A stretch of DNA of 64,000 nucleotides, taken from contig JBHGNT010000001.1 in assembly GCA_043228905.1 (NCBI GenBank), positions 992,001-1,056,000 on the forward strand, written 5' to 3'. Under the pieces are notes generated by a model, which had not been told where the DNA came from, searched no databases, and was given only the letters and a program-made list of their open reading frames with translations. A program made the position numbers and the translations under genes. Of the stretch, positions 47,652 to 59,844 are shown in pieces. The number at the start of each line of letters is the position of its first letter. The stretch's first letter is position 1. Origin of the DNA: Azolla caroliniana. Its lineage: Eukaryota > Plantae > Polypodiophyta.

Positions 47652-48914
47652 TCATCCATGATCAATGTAGGCATCCATAATATGCTCATTGACATAGACA
47701 TCCATGGCATGTTCATATTCTTGCTTTCTCCAAGAATCATGTTTTATTCTGATCATGTTTTCGAAAAAAAATTCATCCTCTAACATACTAGCACTTCCAA
47801 ATATAGCAAGCATGCAAACATATGTCGTTGCACCATTATTATCTAGTTGTATGGCTTGATCAAAAGACAATCTCCCAAGCTTCACATTTCCCCATTTCCT
47901 ACAAGCACCCAATAGTGAAATCCCTATTGCTGAATACTCAAAAAAGGACATTGCCTTGATCACTGAAATAGCTTTATCAAATTGCCCCCCACATCCAAGT
48001 ACTAGAACCATGCAATTAAGATGCTCTAAGTTTGGAGAAATACAATATTTTGTAGTCCTAATCTCAAAAAGCATGTTGGCATCATTTACGAACCCAAAGT
48101 GAGCACTTGCACTCAACACACATAATAATGTTATGTTGTCAGGATATATGCCCTCACTTTCCATGTGTTTGAGACACTTCAGGGCTTCATGTGCTTGTCC
48201 TTGTTGAGCATAGCCAACAATAAGGGTTGACCAAGCAATCACATCTCGTAGATGAAGCTCTACCAGTACTTTTCTCACTTTCTCAAGCATACCACATCTA
48301 GCATACATATGAACCAGTGCAGTGCCAAGAACTATATTCTTCTCCAACAATTTCCTTTTCTCGACCTCATCATGAATTTGTTTGCCCTTGTCTATAGCAC
48401 CCATGCTTCCATAGGCCTTTAGAGTGCAAATAAACGTAATAGCATCAGGTGCTAAACCCTCATTTTGCATTCTTTTGAAACTATCTACTGTGTCATGGCT
48501 TTGTCCATGTTGAACATACCCTGAAATTATTGCAGAGCATGTGATGGCATTGCAATTAGAATGGTCTTCGAGTGCTTTTTGGGCTTTGTCAAGCATTCCC
48601 CATTTAGCATACATATCAACTAAAGCGTTCCCAAGCACAATATCCTTCTCTATGAAGTTTCGGCTCTGAATTTGATCATGAATTTGTTTGCCTTTTTCTA
48701 TAGCCCCTAAATTGTGACATACCTTCAAAATAGAAAGGTAACTGACTCTATTGGGAGAACGTCCCTCATTTTCCATTTGTTTGAAACAATGTAATGCCTC
48801 ATGGACATGCCCTTGCTGAGTATACCATGTGATTAATGCATTCCTGTGATTAAAGACTTTGTTGATGTGTTGATGCGCCACTTTCTCAAAGTTTGACTTG
48901 GATATTGAGCACAA
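47652..48914 (-). CDS. PLS-class PPR protein with E-like C-terminus, 5'-truncated and degenerate (possible pseudogene)
   Basis: P-L-S motifs (VLGNALVDMYAKWG, DVIAWSTLIVGYAQQG, PDAITFICTLKA); EHLNCMV..LG, LLGACRKWGNVKLGR. No ATG at the ORF start; many non-consensus residues. Confidence 0.75.
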   Translation of the reverse strand: MCSISKSNFEKVAHQHINKVFNHRNALITWYTQQGHVHEALHCFKQMENEGRSPNRVSYLSILKVCHNLGAIEKGKQIHDQIQSRNFIEKDIVLGNALVDMYAKWGMLDKAQKALEDHSNCNAITCSAIISGYVQHGQSHDTVDSFKRMQNEGLAPDAITFICTLKAYGSMGAIDKGKQIHDEVEKRKLLEKNIVLGTALVHMYARCGMLEKVRKVLVELHLRDVIAWSTLIVGYAQQGQAHEALKCLKHMESEGIYPDNITLLCVLSASAHFGFVNDANMLFEIRTTKYCISPNLEHLNCMVLVLGCGGQFDKAISVIKAMSFFEYSAIGISLLGACRKWGNVKLGRLSFDQAIQLDNNGATTYVCMLAIFGSASMLEDEFFFENMIRIKHDSWRKQEYEHAMDVYVNEHIMDAYIDHG

Positions 48915-49805
48915 TCTTGGAGTAATACATATATTAGATGTCTCATGTTTATCTATTTATTACTCAATTCAAAGTAGTACAAAGCAATCCCTCGATCAAT
49001 TGGTTCATCCATCGAAGTAAAGATTATTGAAGAATAAGTTAAGACTAATTATGACTTAGGTTTCATAGAGTCATGTATGCAACCTAATACATGTAGGGTG
49101 CGTATCCATAATGTATTGGAGAGAATATAAGGTTAAGATTCGTGATTTTGAAATGTATATATGTACGAGCTCAACCTCGGGTACATTTGTTATTTTGTAG
49201 AAAATGCATGTTTGTACTAGTATAAAACAAGGATTGAAGCATTGTGATCGCAAATGTTATTGATAGTGCCCAATTATTTTGATGTTCATAACTATTATGG
49301 TTGAACATTGTTAATAATTAGGTAGCTAACTAAGGGTTAATTAGTATATAGTTATGTGAATAGATAATCACATATGTGATTAAGCAGCGGAAGGTTATGT
49401 GATGTGATGTGTGTGTGTGTGTGTGTGTGTATGAGAGTATGAGAGGAAGGGAGAAAGAACACTTATGAATAAGAAGATAAATGCGGGATGATTAACAATT
49501 GTAGCTCCAGGAACTCTTACTTATATTAAAAGACAACAAGTTACAAAAATACCCACAATGAGGTATATATACATCTCATGTGCAAAGGTGCACATGTGTG
49601 AGGAGAATATAGGTACAAGGGTGTAAGTCCTATATTAAATGAGCTTGATAGTGGGGGATCTAGAGGTATTGCACTTAAGTACAAGGAACAAAATCCTATT
49701 TAAGACTTTATGGTCAACATTCTAACGAGATTCTATTTATGTAACTACTAAGCTACATGGTTAACTAAATGACTAAAGTTAGTTGAGCATGATATCTCAA
49801 CACGT

Positions 49806-50870
49806 TGTCGCGGAAATCCGCACATGTGTGTAGAAATGGGGTGGGACCACCAAGGTCTCAAACCAAGGAGTCAGTAAGGGAGAAGGCGACCCGAAACGAT
49901 GTTTGGATGGCTTCGCTGGTTCGGTTTCTGGATGTGTGTCCGATCTGGAACGATTCCGTAATCCCGGTCGGTTGGCGCTTGGGCCGGAAGAAGTGTATTG
50001 TTGCGGTCAAAATGTCGGACAACAATAATGAGCTCATGGCACCACTGACTTGGACACGTACACAACAGAGACAAAACAAGAATGAGAGCACGATCCCGGG
50101 GCACAACAAACCGCAACAAGTAGGAACTACGGAGGAATACCCAACACAAGAAGAACCACAACAAAACACTAATGATTAACAGAGAACAAAAGAATAAAAC
50201 CAGACTTGGCCAACAATGGTGCTCTGAACTACAACCACCACGAACACCCACAAAACGATGAACCTCTTGTCGGGAGCTCATGGGCTTCTTGCGCGAGCGG
50301 AGGCTTCACCATCTTCCCTGGATCGGCACGGAACACACACAAGAAAAACAGAGAGCGAGGGAGAGAGGGAGAGAGAGAGACCTCGGCACTCAAACCGACA
50401 ACGCTTTGTCCTCCCAATCATTGATGCCTAAAACAGACTCAGGCCTCCTATGCCCGGAATCCTTCACGACATCCACCCCCACCAAACCGCACATCCTTCG
50501 ACATGTGCCAAGTAGTGTAACGGTGGGGATTCCAACTCAGCTTAACTCTTCCTCTCCGAATCTTCGCCAATCAAGTCTCCTTTCGGCTCCTTGCTATCGC
50601 TCCCTCCTTCTTCCAGTTCCAGATCTGGTTCTGACTCGCACCGCTTCTTGAAGACCTTTATCCACTTCCATGCAACAGGCACCGCGATCCTCGTCCCGTC
50701 AAGCTCGACAATATGGTATGTCGCATTATCGTTGGTGCTTGCCACCACGTACGGCCCGAACCACCTCCTTGCAAACTTCCGGGTTGACCAGTGTTGGTTA
50801 TCTAGGATGTTGTCGTAGACCAACACCCAATCGCCCTCCTCGATCTTCTTTAGCCGGAGTCGGTGGTTTG
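49806..50870 (-). mobile_element. Ty3/gypsy 3' LTR and integrase C-terminus
   Basis: LTR TGTCG...CGACA (49806-50471) with minus-strand PPT adjacent; GDWVLVY..KFARRWFGPYVV (GPY/F motif). Confidence 0.8.
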
Positions 50871-51272
50871 GCCGACTGAGACCAAACTCTTCATTATTGT
50901 TGGAACGTGCAAGACATTCTTGATGTAATTATTGTTGCCCTTGCCAAGAGGAACATTGCCAATATGCCGAATGGTGTGTGTGGTGTCGTCTCTCGTCTCC
51001 ACGTAGCCGAGTCGATCAGGCGTATGCAAATCACTGAACCACTCTTCGTGAGACACCATGTGATTTGAGGTGCCTAAGACAACGAACCATAGTTCCTCTA
51101 ATGTGGAGGTGTTGGCTGAATTGAATGCCAACATAGTGTTCGCTTTGTGTCTCATGACAAACATGGCTCCATAGTCTTCGAATTCGGAGTTGGTGACTTG
51201 TTGACTTGTGGAAGCTAACTCACTTCTTTCGTTCGACACTCCTCTTCACGATGGCCGATTTTACCACAGTAC

Positions 51273-51457
51273 TGTCGAATACAAGTGTATAATGGACGTA
51301 TTCACACTATCCCTTTGTATAGATCAAGTTTGGGCCATTTGTGTAATTAGCATAAATGGTAGTTGCCCTAAGTCGGTCACTATATATAGTGACCTTGTAA
51401 CCTTTTTGTAAGGTTGGTTGTATTATTGTTTCTATGGAATAGAAAGTCTTTTTGTGC

Positions 51458-51492
<35 letters not shown>

Positions 51493-54400
51493 ACGATCTT
51501 GCAAACTGTTATACGCAGGTTCTCAACACGAATCGAATGCTACTTGATCTTCCGCATCGACACGGCCTTGTCTCCAACATCTGGTATCAGAGCATGCACA
51601 GTATTCGGTCCTTCATCCCACTGTCGGCCGTCGTCTCAGCCTGCACAGCATTCGGTTTCCTGCGCCATTCGAAGAAGAGAGAAGAAGAAGAAAAACGAGG
51701 CTTGCATCTCATCGCGTTAGATCATCTTCGCTTGGAGTAAGCCAGTAGGTTGTACTCTGTTCCTTGTGATCGTAACCGCTCGAGGTGAAATCCCCTTGTG
51801 CAACATTGACACGATCGTGCTCCACTCGGTTAAACGGCATCCGAAGAGGTCATCAAACGCTGCTCGCCGCTCATTGTAACCACTCGGTGCAGATCGGTCT
51901 CAAGACAACAACCCCAATTCGTGCTTCATCCGGCTGATCGACATTCGGGAGGATCAGTTGGATCTGTCTCTCTCATCGCTGCAGTCACCCGAAGCAGAAT
52001 CGGTCCAGACAATCGGTTTCAATAATCGGTATTTGGCATATATATTCGGAAGCGAACCGGGCTCACTCCGACTCGGCAACATTCGGGAAGACCAGTCGGT
52101 TCTGTCCCTCAAGTTACCGGAGTCAATTCGAGCAAGTTCAACAATACATATATCCGAAGCCGAACCGACTCGGGTTCAAATCCGACTAGAACGATATCGG
52201 GTGAGCCAACCGGCTGCACTCCAACAAGGTTCGCAATCAACTCCGAACCGAGCTTCGTCAACCGAAACCAAATTTGATGGCATCAACATCCGGCTCGTCA
52301 GAAATGAGTCTACGAAAGTTCGATGGATCGAACTTCAACTTCTGGAAGGAGCAAATGCAGGACTATCTCATAGTCAAGGGGCAAATCGATCCCATCGAAA
52401 ATGAAGAACCTCCAGAAGGATACAAACCAATTGAGTGGCAGAAGCTGGACAGAATCGTCCGCGCCACGATTCGGATGCACCTATCGGAATCGGTATACTT
52501 TACGGTGCAATCGTGTACGACAACATTCGAACTGTGGAAAACACTATCGGACACCTACGAAAAGAAGGTCGCTGCAACGAAGATGTTTCTGATTCGGCGC
52601 CTCTACAACTTGCGGATGAAAGAATCAGATTCGGTTCAAGCACATCTCAATGAGTACGAAAGCATAAGCTCCCAAATCTCATCTCAGGGGACGGCAATCG
52701 AGGATGAACTCAGAGCAATGATACTCATGAGCAGCCTTCCCTCATCATGGGAAACTTTCGTCACAACCGTGTGCAACGCGTCAACCACGGCTGTTAAATA
52801 CTCCGAAGTCACGAGCGCAATCCTGACCGAAGCAGCTCGGAGAAAGTCTTTCGCCAAAGACTCAACAGACGACGCTTATGTAGTACAAGGTTCGACAGAC
52901 CGATCGAACATACGAGGAAGAGATTCCTCACGGCAGCCGAACAATCAGCGAAGACGGAGCCAGTCACGGGATAATCGAATCTGCAACTATTGCAAGAAAC
53001 CCGGACACATCAAAGCCGACTGCCGCGCACTCAAGAACAAGAACGACAAGTCTCAGAAATCAGACAAGAAGAGTGGCCGGCATGAGGAGATCAATTACGT
53101 CAGCTTCTCAGCTGATGTGCTACCAAACGACCCGAATATACTATCAATCGAAAATCCAGTCGGATCAGAAGTTCTGCTCACGACTGAAGAATCGAGCACA
53201 TGGCTCTTAGATTCGGGCGCGTCATTTCACGTGACTCCTCATCGATCCCAATTTCGCCAATATACGATCCGTCACTCCGACTCAGTTCGAGTCGGCAACT
53301 CGCAACACTGTGACATCATTGGAATCGGCACAGTAGAGCTCAACCTTGCAGGTGGCTCTACACTTGTACTTCACAATGTCCGACATGTACCCGAGCTCTC
53401 AAGGCCATTGATCTCAGTCGGACAACTAGATGAAGATGGCATTCGTGCCGGTTTTTCTTCGGGAGGGTGGACACTCCACAGGGGGAACCTCCTGCTTGCT
53501 AGAGGACCCAAGATACACTCACTGTATCCGTTACATGTTACGCTCAGAGAGGGTAACCTGTTTTTGGTGGATATTCCTGTGTCATCACTATGGCACAGAA
53601 GATTAGGACACCTCAGCAAGGCCGGCATTACGCACCTATCTAGAGCCGGATACATCCCTAAACTCTCCTTCTCGGACCATCAATTCTGCGAACATTGCCA
53701 GTATGGCAAACAAGCAGCCGCATCACACCCGACATCAGCACCAAGAGAAACGAGACCTCTCGATTTAGTCCACTCGGACGTCTGTGGCCCAATGCCGCAT
53801 CAGTCTCTCGGCGGTGCCTCTTACTTCGTCAGTTTTATTGACGATTCGACCCGAAAGGTGTGGGCTTATCCAATTCGCACCAAAGATCGTGTCTTCTCGA
53901 TCTTCTCCGATTGGCTCGCTATGGTAGAAAATCAAACTGACCGAAAACTAAAATGCTTTCGGACCGACAATGGGGGAGAGTTCAAATCAGAAGAATTCGT
54001 CAAATTCTGCCGACAACGCGGCATCCGACGTGAATTTACGGCACCACACAGTCCGGAGCAAAACGGGATTGCAGAACGCATGAATCGGACAATCCAAGAA
54101 CGGATAGTTTCCATGCTCCAACACTCCAGACTGTCGGATGGCTTCTGGGCAGAGGCTCTACTCACGGCAGTACACATAATCAATATGTCGCCAAGCAGAC
54201 CTCTAGGACTTCAAATTCCTCAGGAACTATGGATCGGCAGTAAGCCGAATTACGACAAGCTGAGGATCTTCGGATGCGAGGCGTACGCCCTTATTCCGAA
54301 AGATGATCGCCGAAAACTTGCACCTCGGTCCAGGAAATGCATTTTCCTTGGATATGGATCAGACGGCGAAATGGGATACCGACTCTGGGACCCCGAACGC

Positions 54401-56686
54401 AGACAAATCGTTCGAAGTTCGGACGTTGTGTTCAACGAGTCGGCTATGAATCCATCAGTCGAAAAACCGATCGAAGTCCGAAGGGTAACATTTTCCGATG
54501 TGCCGACCCTTCAAGAAGGCCCCGCTCTTAACACACGGTCAGCTTCACGGGTAGCTGAACCTTACACCACCGACTCGGACAACTCTGACTCGGCACAGCC
54601 GAATAATTCGCTTTCGGACCATCCGACCTCGATACCCGATGCGACCAGTCCAATCATACCTCGACGATCCGAGAGACTATCGCAACCTCCGGAGAGGTAT
54701 TCTCCTGGAATTTTCTTCACCGACGCCGGCGAACCGACGTCTTACGAAGAAGCATCGACATCTGTCGATTCAGCCACCTGGCATCTGGCGATGGAGTCGG
54801 AAATGCACTCCATTCGGGCAAACAAGACTTGGGATCTGGTCGAATTACCTAAGAATCGACGTGCTCTTCCTTGCAAGTGGGTCTATCGACTAAAAGAGAC
54901 GTCTGATTCGACCACCCCAAAGTACAAGGCCAGATTAGTTGCGAAGGGCTTCCGACAAGAATATGGCGTCGACTTCGACGAGATTTTTTCACCAGTGGTG
55001 AAAATGACAACCCTTCGTTTTCTACTCGGCGTAGTGGCAGCCGACAACTTGGAGCTGATTCAGCTAGATGTCAAAACAGCCTTCCTCCATGGTGATCTTG
55101 AAGAGGAAATTTATATGGAACAGCCAAAAGGCTTCGTGGCAACTGGCCAAGAACATCTAGTCTGCCGACTCAGGAAGAGTCTATACGGCCTCAAACAGGC
55201 ACCGCGACAATGGTACAAGAAGTTCAACGACTTCATCCAATCGATCGGCTTCTCAAAAAGCGATGAGGACCATTGTCTTTTTACCAACACAGCTCAAGAT
55301 GGATCACCCATCTTCCTCATCATTTACGTGGACGACATGCTAATTTCTGGACGCCACGCAGGCGAACTTGCCGATCTCATTCGGCAATTGCGGTTGAAGT
55401 TTGCCATGAAGGACCTCGGTCCGGCACGACACATACTTGGCATGAAGATTAGTCGGCATCGCGATAAACGACATCTTTTTTTGTCTCAGACCGACTATAT
55501 CGGACGTGTCTTGGAACGCTTCAACATGCAATCAGCCAAATCTGCTTCAACCCCGCTCCCCATGAATCTTCGGCTCTCTCAGCGAGACTGCCCGACATCC
55601 GGTCCGGAGGGGGAAGATATGAAGTCGGTACCGTATGCACCGGCAGTCGGCTCCCTTATGTACCTGATGGTCGCGACACGGCCTGATATTTCTCATGCCG
55701 TAGGAGTCGTTAGCAGATTTATGCACAATCCTGGCCGATCGCATTGGAACGCAGTCAAGCATGTGTTCAAATATCTGGCTGGCACAAAAGACCACGGCAT
55801 TCTTTTCGGTCCGAACTCAACCTCAGGCGTAGTCAGTTACACCGACTCGGACTTCACCGGCTGTATAGACAGTCGGAAATCAACAACTGGATACTGCTTC
55901 AAATTCGGCAATGGAGCAATTTCGTGGAAGTCGAAACTTCAGGAGTGCACAGCGACCTCAACGACCGAAGCAGAATATGTAGCTGCGTCCGACGCTGCAA
56001 AAGAAGCTTTGTGGCTCGGCCGGCTGGCGCACACGTTTCGACAAGTCGACCATGACTCGGCCCCAGTTGTCTATAGCGACAGTCAAGGTGTTGTTGCCTT
56101 GTCGAAAAATCCGGTTCACCACAACGCCTCCAAACATATCGACGTTCGATATCACTTCGTTCGGGACTGCGTCATTTCAGGGAAAATCGGTCTAGAGAAA
56201 ATATCCACAACCGACAATGTCGCAGATGGAATGACCAAGTGTCTTTCGGCAGACCGCTTTCGGTCCCTTCGGCATCAGATGGGCGTAACGACAAACCAGT
56301 CCGGTTAGAGCCGGACACAGCGCAGGATGGTTTCAGACAACCGACATCAGTTCCTTAATGATCGGCTTCAACTCTTCCGACCCGACCAGTCCGGTCTTCT
56401 GCCTTCGGACCTTGCCGACTCGAACAAAACTGATATGTCCGAGAACCTAGGTTTATACCTGTAATCTTAGATAACCCATGTATACGCCCATTACGGGGGA
56501 GTGTCGAATACAAGTGTATAATGGACGTATTCACACTATCCCTTTGTATAGATCAAGTTTGGGCCATTTGTGTAATTAGCATAAATGGTAGTTGCCCTAA
56601 GTCGGTCACTATATATAGTGACCTTGTAACCTTTTTGTAAGGTTGGTTGTATTATTGTTTCTATGGAATAGAAAGTCTTTTTGTGC

Positions 56687-56723
<37 letters not shown>

Positions 56724-56810
56724 ACGATCTTGCAAACTGTCATACGCAGGTTCTCAACACGAATCGAATGCTACTTGATCTTCCGCATCGACACGGCCTT
56801 GTCTCCAACA
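51273..56810 (+). mobile_element. Intact Ty1/copia LTR retrotransposon
   Basis: LTRs 51273-51579 and 56502-56810, differing by one substitution and one CT unit as far as seen; TSD AGTAC; PBS TGGTATCAGAGC 51582-51593; PPT GGGGGAG. Confidence 0.98.
52277..56308 (+). CDS. Copia gag-pol polyprotein (~1343 aa)
   Basis: CNYCKKPGHIKADC; LDSGAS; HSD..RTDNGGEF..AER; YVDD; TDSD..EAEY..SDSQG. Uninterrupted. Confidence 0.97.
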   Translation: MASTSGSSEMSLRKFDGSNFNFWKEQMQDYLIVKGQIDPIENEEPPEGYKPIEWQKLDRIVRATIRMHLSESVYFTVQSCTTTFELWKTLSDTYEKKVAATKMFLIRRLYNLRMKESDSVQAHLNEYESISSQISSQGTAIEDELRAMILMSSLPSSWETFVTTVCNASTTAVKYSEVTSAILTEAARRKSFAKDSTDDAYVVQGSTDRSNIRGRDSSRQPNNQRRRSQSRDNRICNYCKKPGHIKADCRALKNKNDKSQKSDKKSGRHEEINYVSFSADVLPNDPNILSIENPVGSEVLLTTEESSTWLLDSGASFHVTPHRSQFRQYTIRHSDSVRVGNSQHCDIIGIGTVELNLAGGSTLVLHNVRHVPELSRPLISVGQLDEDGIRAGFSSGGWTLHRGNLLLARGPKIHSLYPLHVTLREGNLFLVDIPVSSLWHRRLGHLSKAGITHLSRAGYIPKLSFSDHQFCEHCQYGKQAAASHPTSAPRETRPLDLVHSDVCGPMPHQSLGGASYFVSFIDDSTRKVWAYPIRTKDRVFSIFSDWLAMVENQTDRKLKCFRTDNGGEFKSEEFVKFCRQRGIRREFTAPHSPEQNGIAERMNRTIQERIVSMLQHSRLSDGFWAEALLTAVHIINMSPSRPLGLQIPQELWIGSKPNYDKLRIFGCEAYALIPKDDRRKLAPRSRKCIFLGYGSDGEMGYRLWDPERRQIVRSSDVVFNESAMNPSVEKPIEVRRVTFSDVPTLQEGPALNTRSASRVAEPYTTDSDNSDSAQPNNSLSDHPTSIPDATSPIIPRRSERLSQPPERYSPGIFFTDAGEPTSYEEASTSVDSATWHLAMESEMHSIRANKTWDLVELPKNRRALPCKWVYRLKETSDSTTPKYKARLVAKGFRQEYGVDFDEIFSPVVKMTTLRFLLGVVAADNLELIQLDVKTAFLHGDLEEEIYMEQPKGFVATGQEHLVCRLRKSLYGLKQAPRQWYKKFNDFIQSIGFSKSDEDHCLFTNTAQDGSPIFLIIYVDDMLISGRHAGELADLIRQLRLKFAMKDLGPARHILGMKISRHRDKRHLFLSQTDYIGRVLERFNMQSAKSASTPLPMNLRLSQRDCPTSGPEGEDMKSVPYAPAVGSLMYLMVATRPDISHAVGVVSRFMHNPGRSHWNAVKHVFKYLAGTKDHGILFGPNSTSGVVSYTDSDFTGCIDSRKSTTGYCFKFGNGAISWKSKLQECTATSTTEAEYVAASDAAKEALWLGRLAHTFRQVDHDSAPVVYSDSQGVVALSKNPVHHNASKHIDVRYHFVRDCVISGKIGLEKISTTDNVADGMTKCLSADRFRSLRHQMGVTTNQSG

Positions 56811-56822
56811 AGTACTTACAAG

Positions 56823-57210
56823 CATAGTTCCTAATATTCGCGTACGTCCAATTTACTGGACGTACGCGAACGTTTGCAAACGTACGCATATGATACGCGA
56901 TATTCGTTTGGCTTTTTTTTTTTTGACTTTTTTTTGGTTTTTTTAATTTTTGATATTCATAATATTTTGTGAATAGAAGTGACATCTGACACACATACAC
57001 ACACACTCTCTCTCTCTCTCTCACACGAGAACTGACATATTTTCTCTCTCTACAAAATCTAGATATCTAATATACATATTACATACTCCCTCACACAGAC
57101 AAAACCCATAGCTCCTCTCTCTCTCTCTCTCTCTCTCTAGAGTCTAGATATACACTCAATCACTGTCTCCTCACACATGCAAAATAGGGCTTCTCTCTCT
57201 AGACCACACA

Positions 57211-57265
<55 letters not shown>

Positions 57266-57430
57266 CCTCACACACACACACTATGTACACCATATACACC
57301 ATATGTATATATAATATATCTATGTACCGCGTATGGATTTCAATCATACTTGGAGCCTTTTCACGTATGAGTATGATACGAATATTGGCGTTTGAGTATG
57401 ACACGAATGGGACGTATGGCTAGAACTATG
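56823..57430. mobile_element. hAT-type MITE
   Basis: TIR CATAGTTC / GAACTATG; 8-bp TSD CTTACAAG (56815-56822) / CTTGCAAG (57431-57438); CGTAC/TACG subterminal repeats; (CT)n core. Confidence 0.8.
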
Positions 57431-59844
57431 CTTGCAAGTGGCAGGCCTGATTTGCCGACCTTGTTCGGCATGGAAGTTCCCCCTTCTTCTGAAGCTTCCT
57501 TGAGTGTTTCCGTTTTCTTGTCGAAATTGGGGGTTATTTTCATATGTTGGACCTCGTCTGCCTCGTCCTTAGCTAAATCGACCTCTACCGCCTCAACCAC
57601 GTCCTTGACTATCTCCTGAATTCGAGAAGAACATATGTCCTTCCGACGTCTACTCTTCATTCTGACGTGATTCTCTTCGACCAATAACATGGATTGAAGG
57701 TCGAAAAACGAAGGGGGGTTCTCCCTCGCCAAGATTGTCATCCTTATTGGGTCGAATCGTTACCTGAGGCGGCCCAAGCACACTTGCACCATTTCGTCCT
57801 CTTCAATGTTTATGTCGATGGAGCTATGTGAATCGCAAATGCTCTTGATCTTGGATGTGTTGTCCAACATGGTCATGTCTTTTTTTTTAATGTTGTTCAA
57901 CTCTTGTCAAAGTTGAAGTTTCCGGGTGGTCGTGTTGGTAGCGAAGATTCTTCTCAATTTTAGTCACGCTTCTTTAGGCATCTTGGCGTCTCGAATGTGA
58001 TAGAGCATGTGATCCTGGACACTTGTTGCCAAATAGTACATCACCCGACTCGTCCCTTGTGCCCATGTTGGGTAGTTGGCGTTTGTGATGTCGGGTTTGC
58101 TTTCGAGGTCATCGTTGATGTAACTCCAATACCCTTGGCTGACTAGGTATTGATTCATCTTGTACTCCCAAGATGAGAAATTGCTCTAGTCTAGCTTTTC
58201 ACTAGGGAGCGAGCTACCCATTTGTGTGTTCATGTTGATGTAGTGTCTTCCTTTTCGGCTTTTCTTCCTTCTGTCATGTACACGTGCTATGTGGCAGCAC
58301 CACAGTAACAGATAACCAGATTTGTTGTCAGCGTCTCGAACACACAATCATTATGAGACGGGTGGGCTTAGTGGATATGCTAAACCATGCGCTCTGATAC
58401 CATGTTAATAATTAGGTAATTAACTAAGGATTAATTGTATCTAATTATGTGAATAGATAATCACGTGTATGATTAAGCAATGGAAGATTATGTGATGTGT
58501 GTGTATGTGAGAGTATGAGAGGAAGGGTGAAAAAACACTTATGAACAACAAGATAAATGGGGGATGATTAACAATTATAGCTCCAAGAACTCGTACTTAT
58601 ATTAAAAGACAACAAGTTACAAAAATACCCACAATAAGGTATATATACATCTCACGTGCAAAGGTACAAGGGTGTAAGTCCTATATTAAATGAGCTTGAT
58701 AGTGGGGGATCTAGAGGTATCCCACTTAAGTACAAGTAACAAAATCCTATTTAAGACTTTATGGTCAACATTCTAACTAGATTCTATTTATGTAACTACT
58801 AAGTTACATGGTTGACTAAATGATTAAACTTGGTTGAGCTTGATATCTCAACAAACACTTACTATTAGATTTCAAAATTTCAACCTCTTAAAAAGTATCC
58901 ATATAGGAACTGAACCCCTAATGGAGATAATATGTTATTTTGTGGTTGATATCTCCTATTGTGAAGTGGGGATCGAAGCTTCTTGATGGCATGTTGATAA
59001 TAGTACTAGGCCACTTAGACTCTCATTATTTATTATGGTTCAACACTTATGACACTCTTGAGTCCTAACAACTAAGTTTGAGATTGGTCAAGGGCATTGG
59101 CCAGAGGGCAACAATATAGTAATTCTCTTCCGACAAAGATATTTGCATACTCAAAGACTTCTACATTGAAATAAAAAAGAACATCTCAAGTTTGAATCAC
59201 ATGGTAAAGTCTCTAACTCTGACGTTATTTTTGTTCCACTTAGATAGATCATTGGCTTTTAAAACTACGTGTATTGGGTTTCATATACCTCCACGATATG
59301 ATCATATCTAGCAGCCATTTTTTCCTCTGCCTATGATAGTGGCCCCTATTCTAGAATTGGTTGGAGAAGAGGAGATTACCCTCATCCACATTCACGTTTC
59401 AATAATTACAAGAATAGCCTTGTCTACAAGCTATGGGTATTGTTGGTGTTTTCTTTCAGTGGTTTCAGCGTGAAGAAAATCCATGTCCTGCGAAGCATCG
59501 AAGCTCTGCCGCACCCAAACCCACAAGGTAAGCTTCTTCTTCTCTGCCTCTTCTGGTTTCGGAACCCTATATCCATTTCAGGGAATCCTAGAGTACCCCT
59601 GCTTCAGAATCAAGCAAAGAAAGAAGAGTTTCTGCATCCATGGTTGGCACAATGCTCCAGCTCGTTTCACAAATAAGCTGCTCATTTCCACCAAAAGTAT
59701 GTCATCTTTACGATGGTAGTTTCTGTTTTAATGTGTTTATTTATGATGATGATTTTTTTGTAGTGTTAACTGATATGACGATGACCTCGTTATTGTTGTT
59801 GAATTGACGATGATGATCGTGGATATGATAACGATGAAGATGAT

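Larger units (their letters stand above)
49309..58853 (-). mobile_element. Old copia element (host of nested insertions), pol deleted
   Basis: Similar LTRs at 49309-49802 and 58403-58853; TSD AACAT/AACAC; minus-strand PBS at 58391-58402; gag at 58230-57440; zinc knuckle split by insertions; protease remnant at 51100-50875. Confidence 0.9.
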
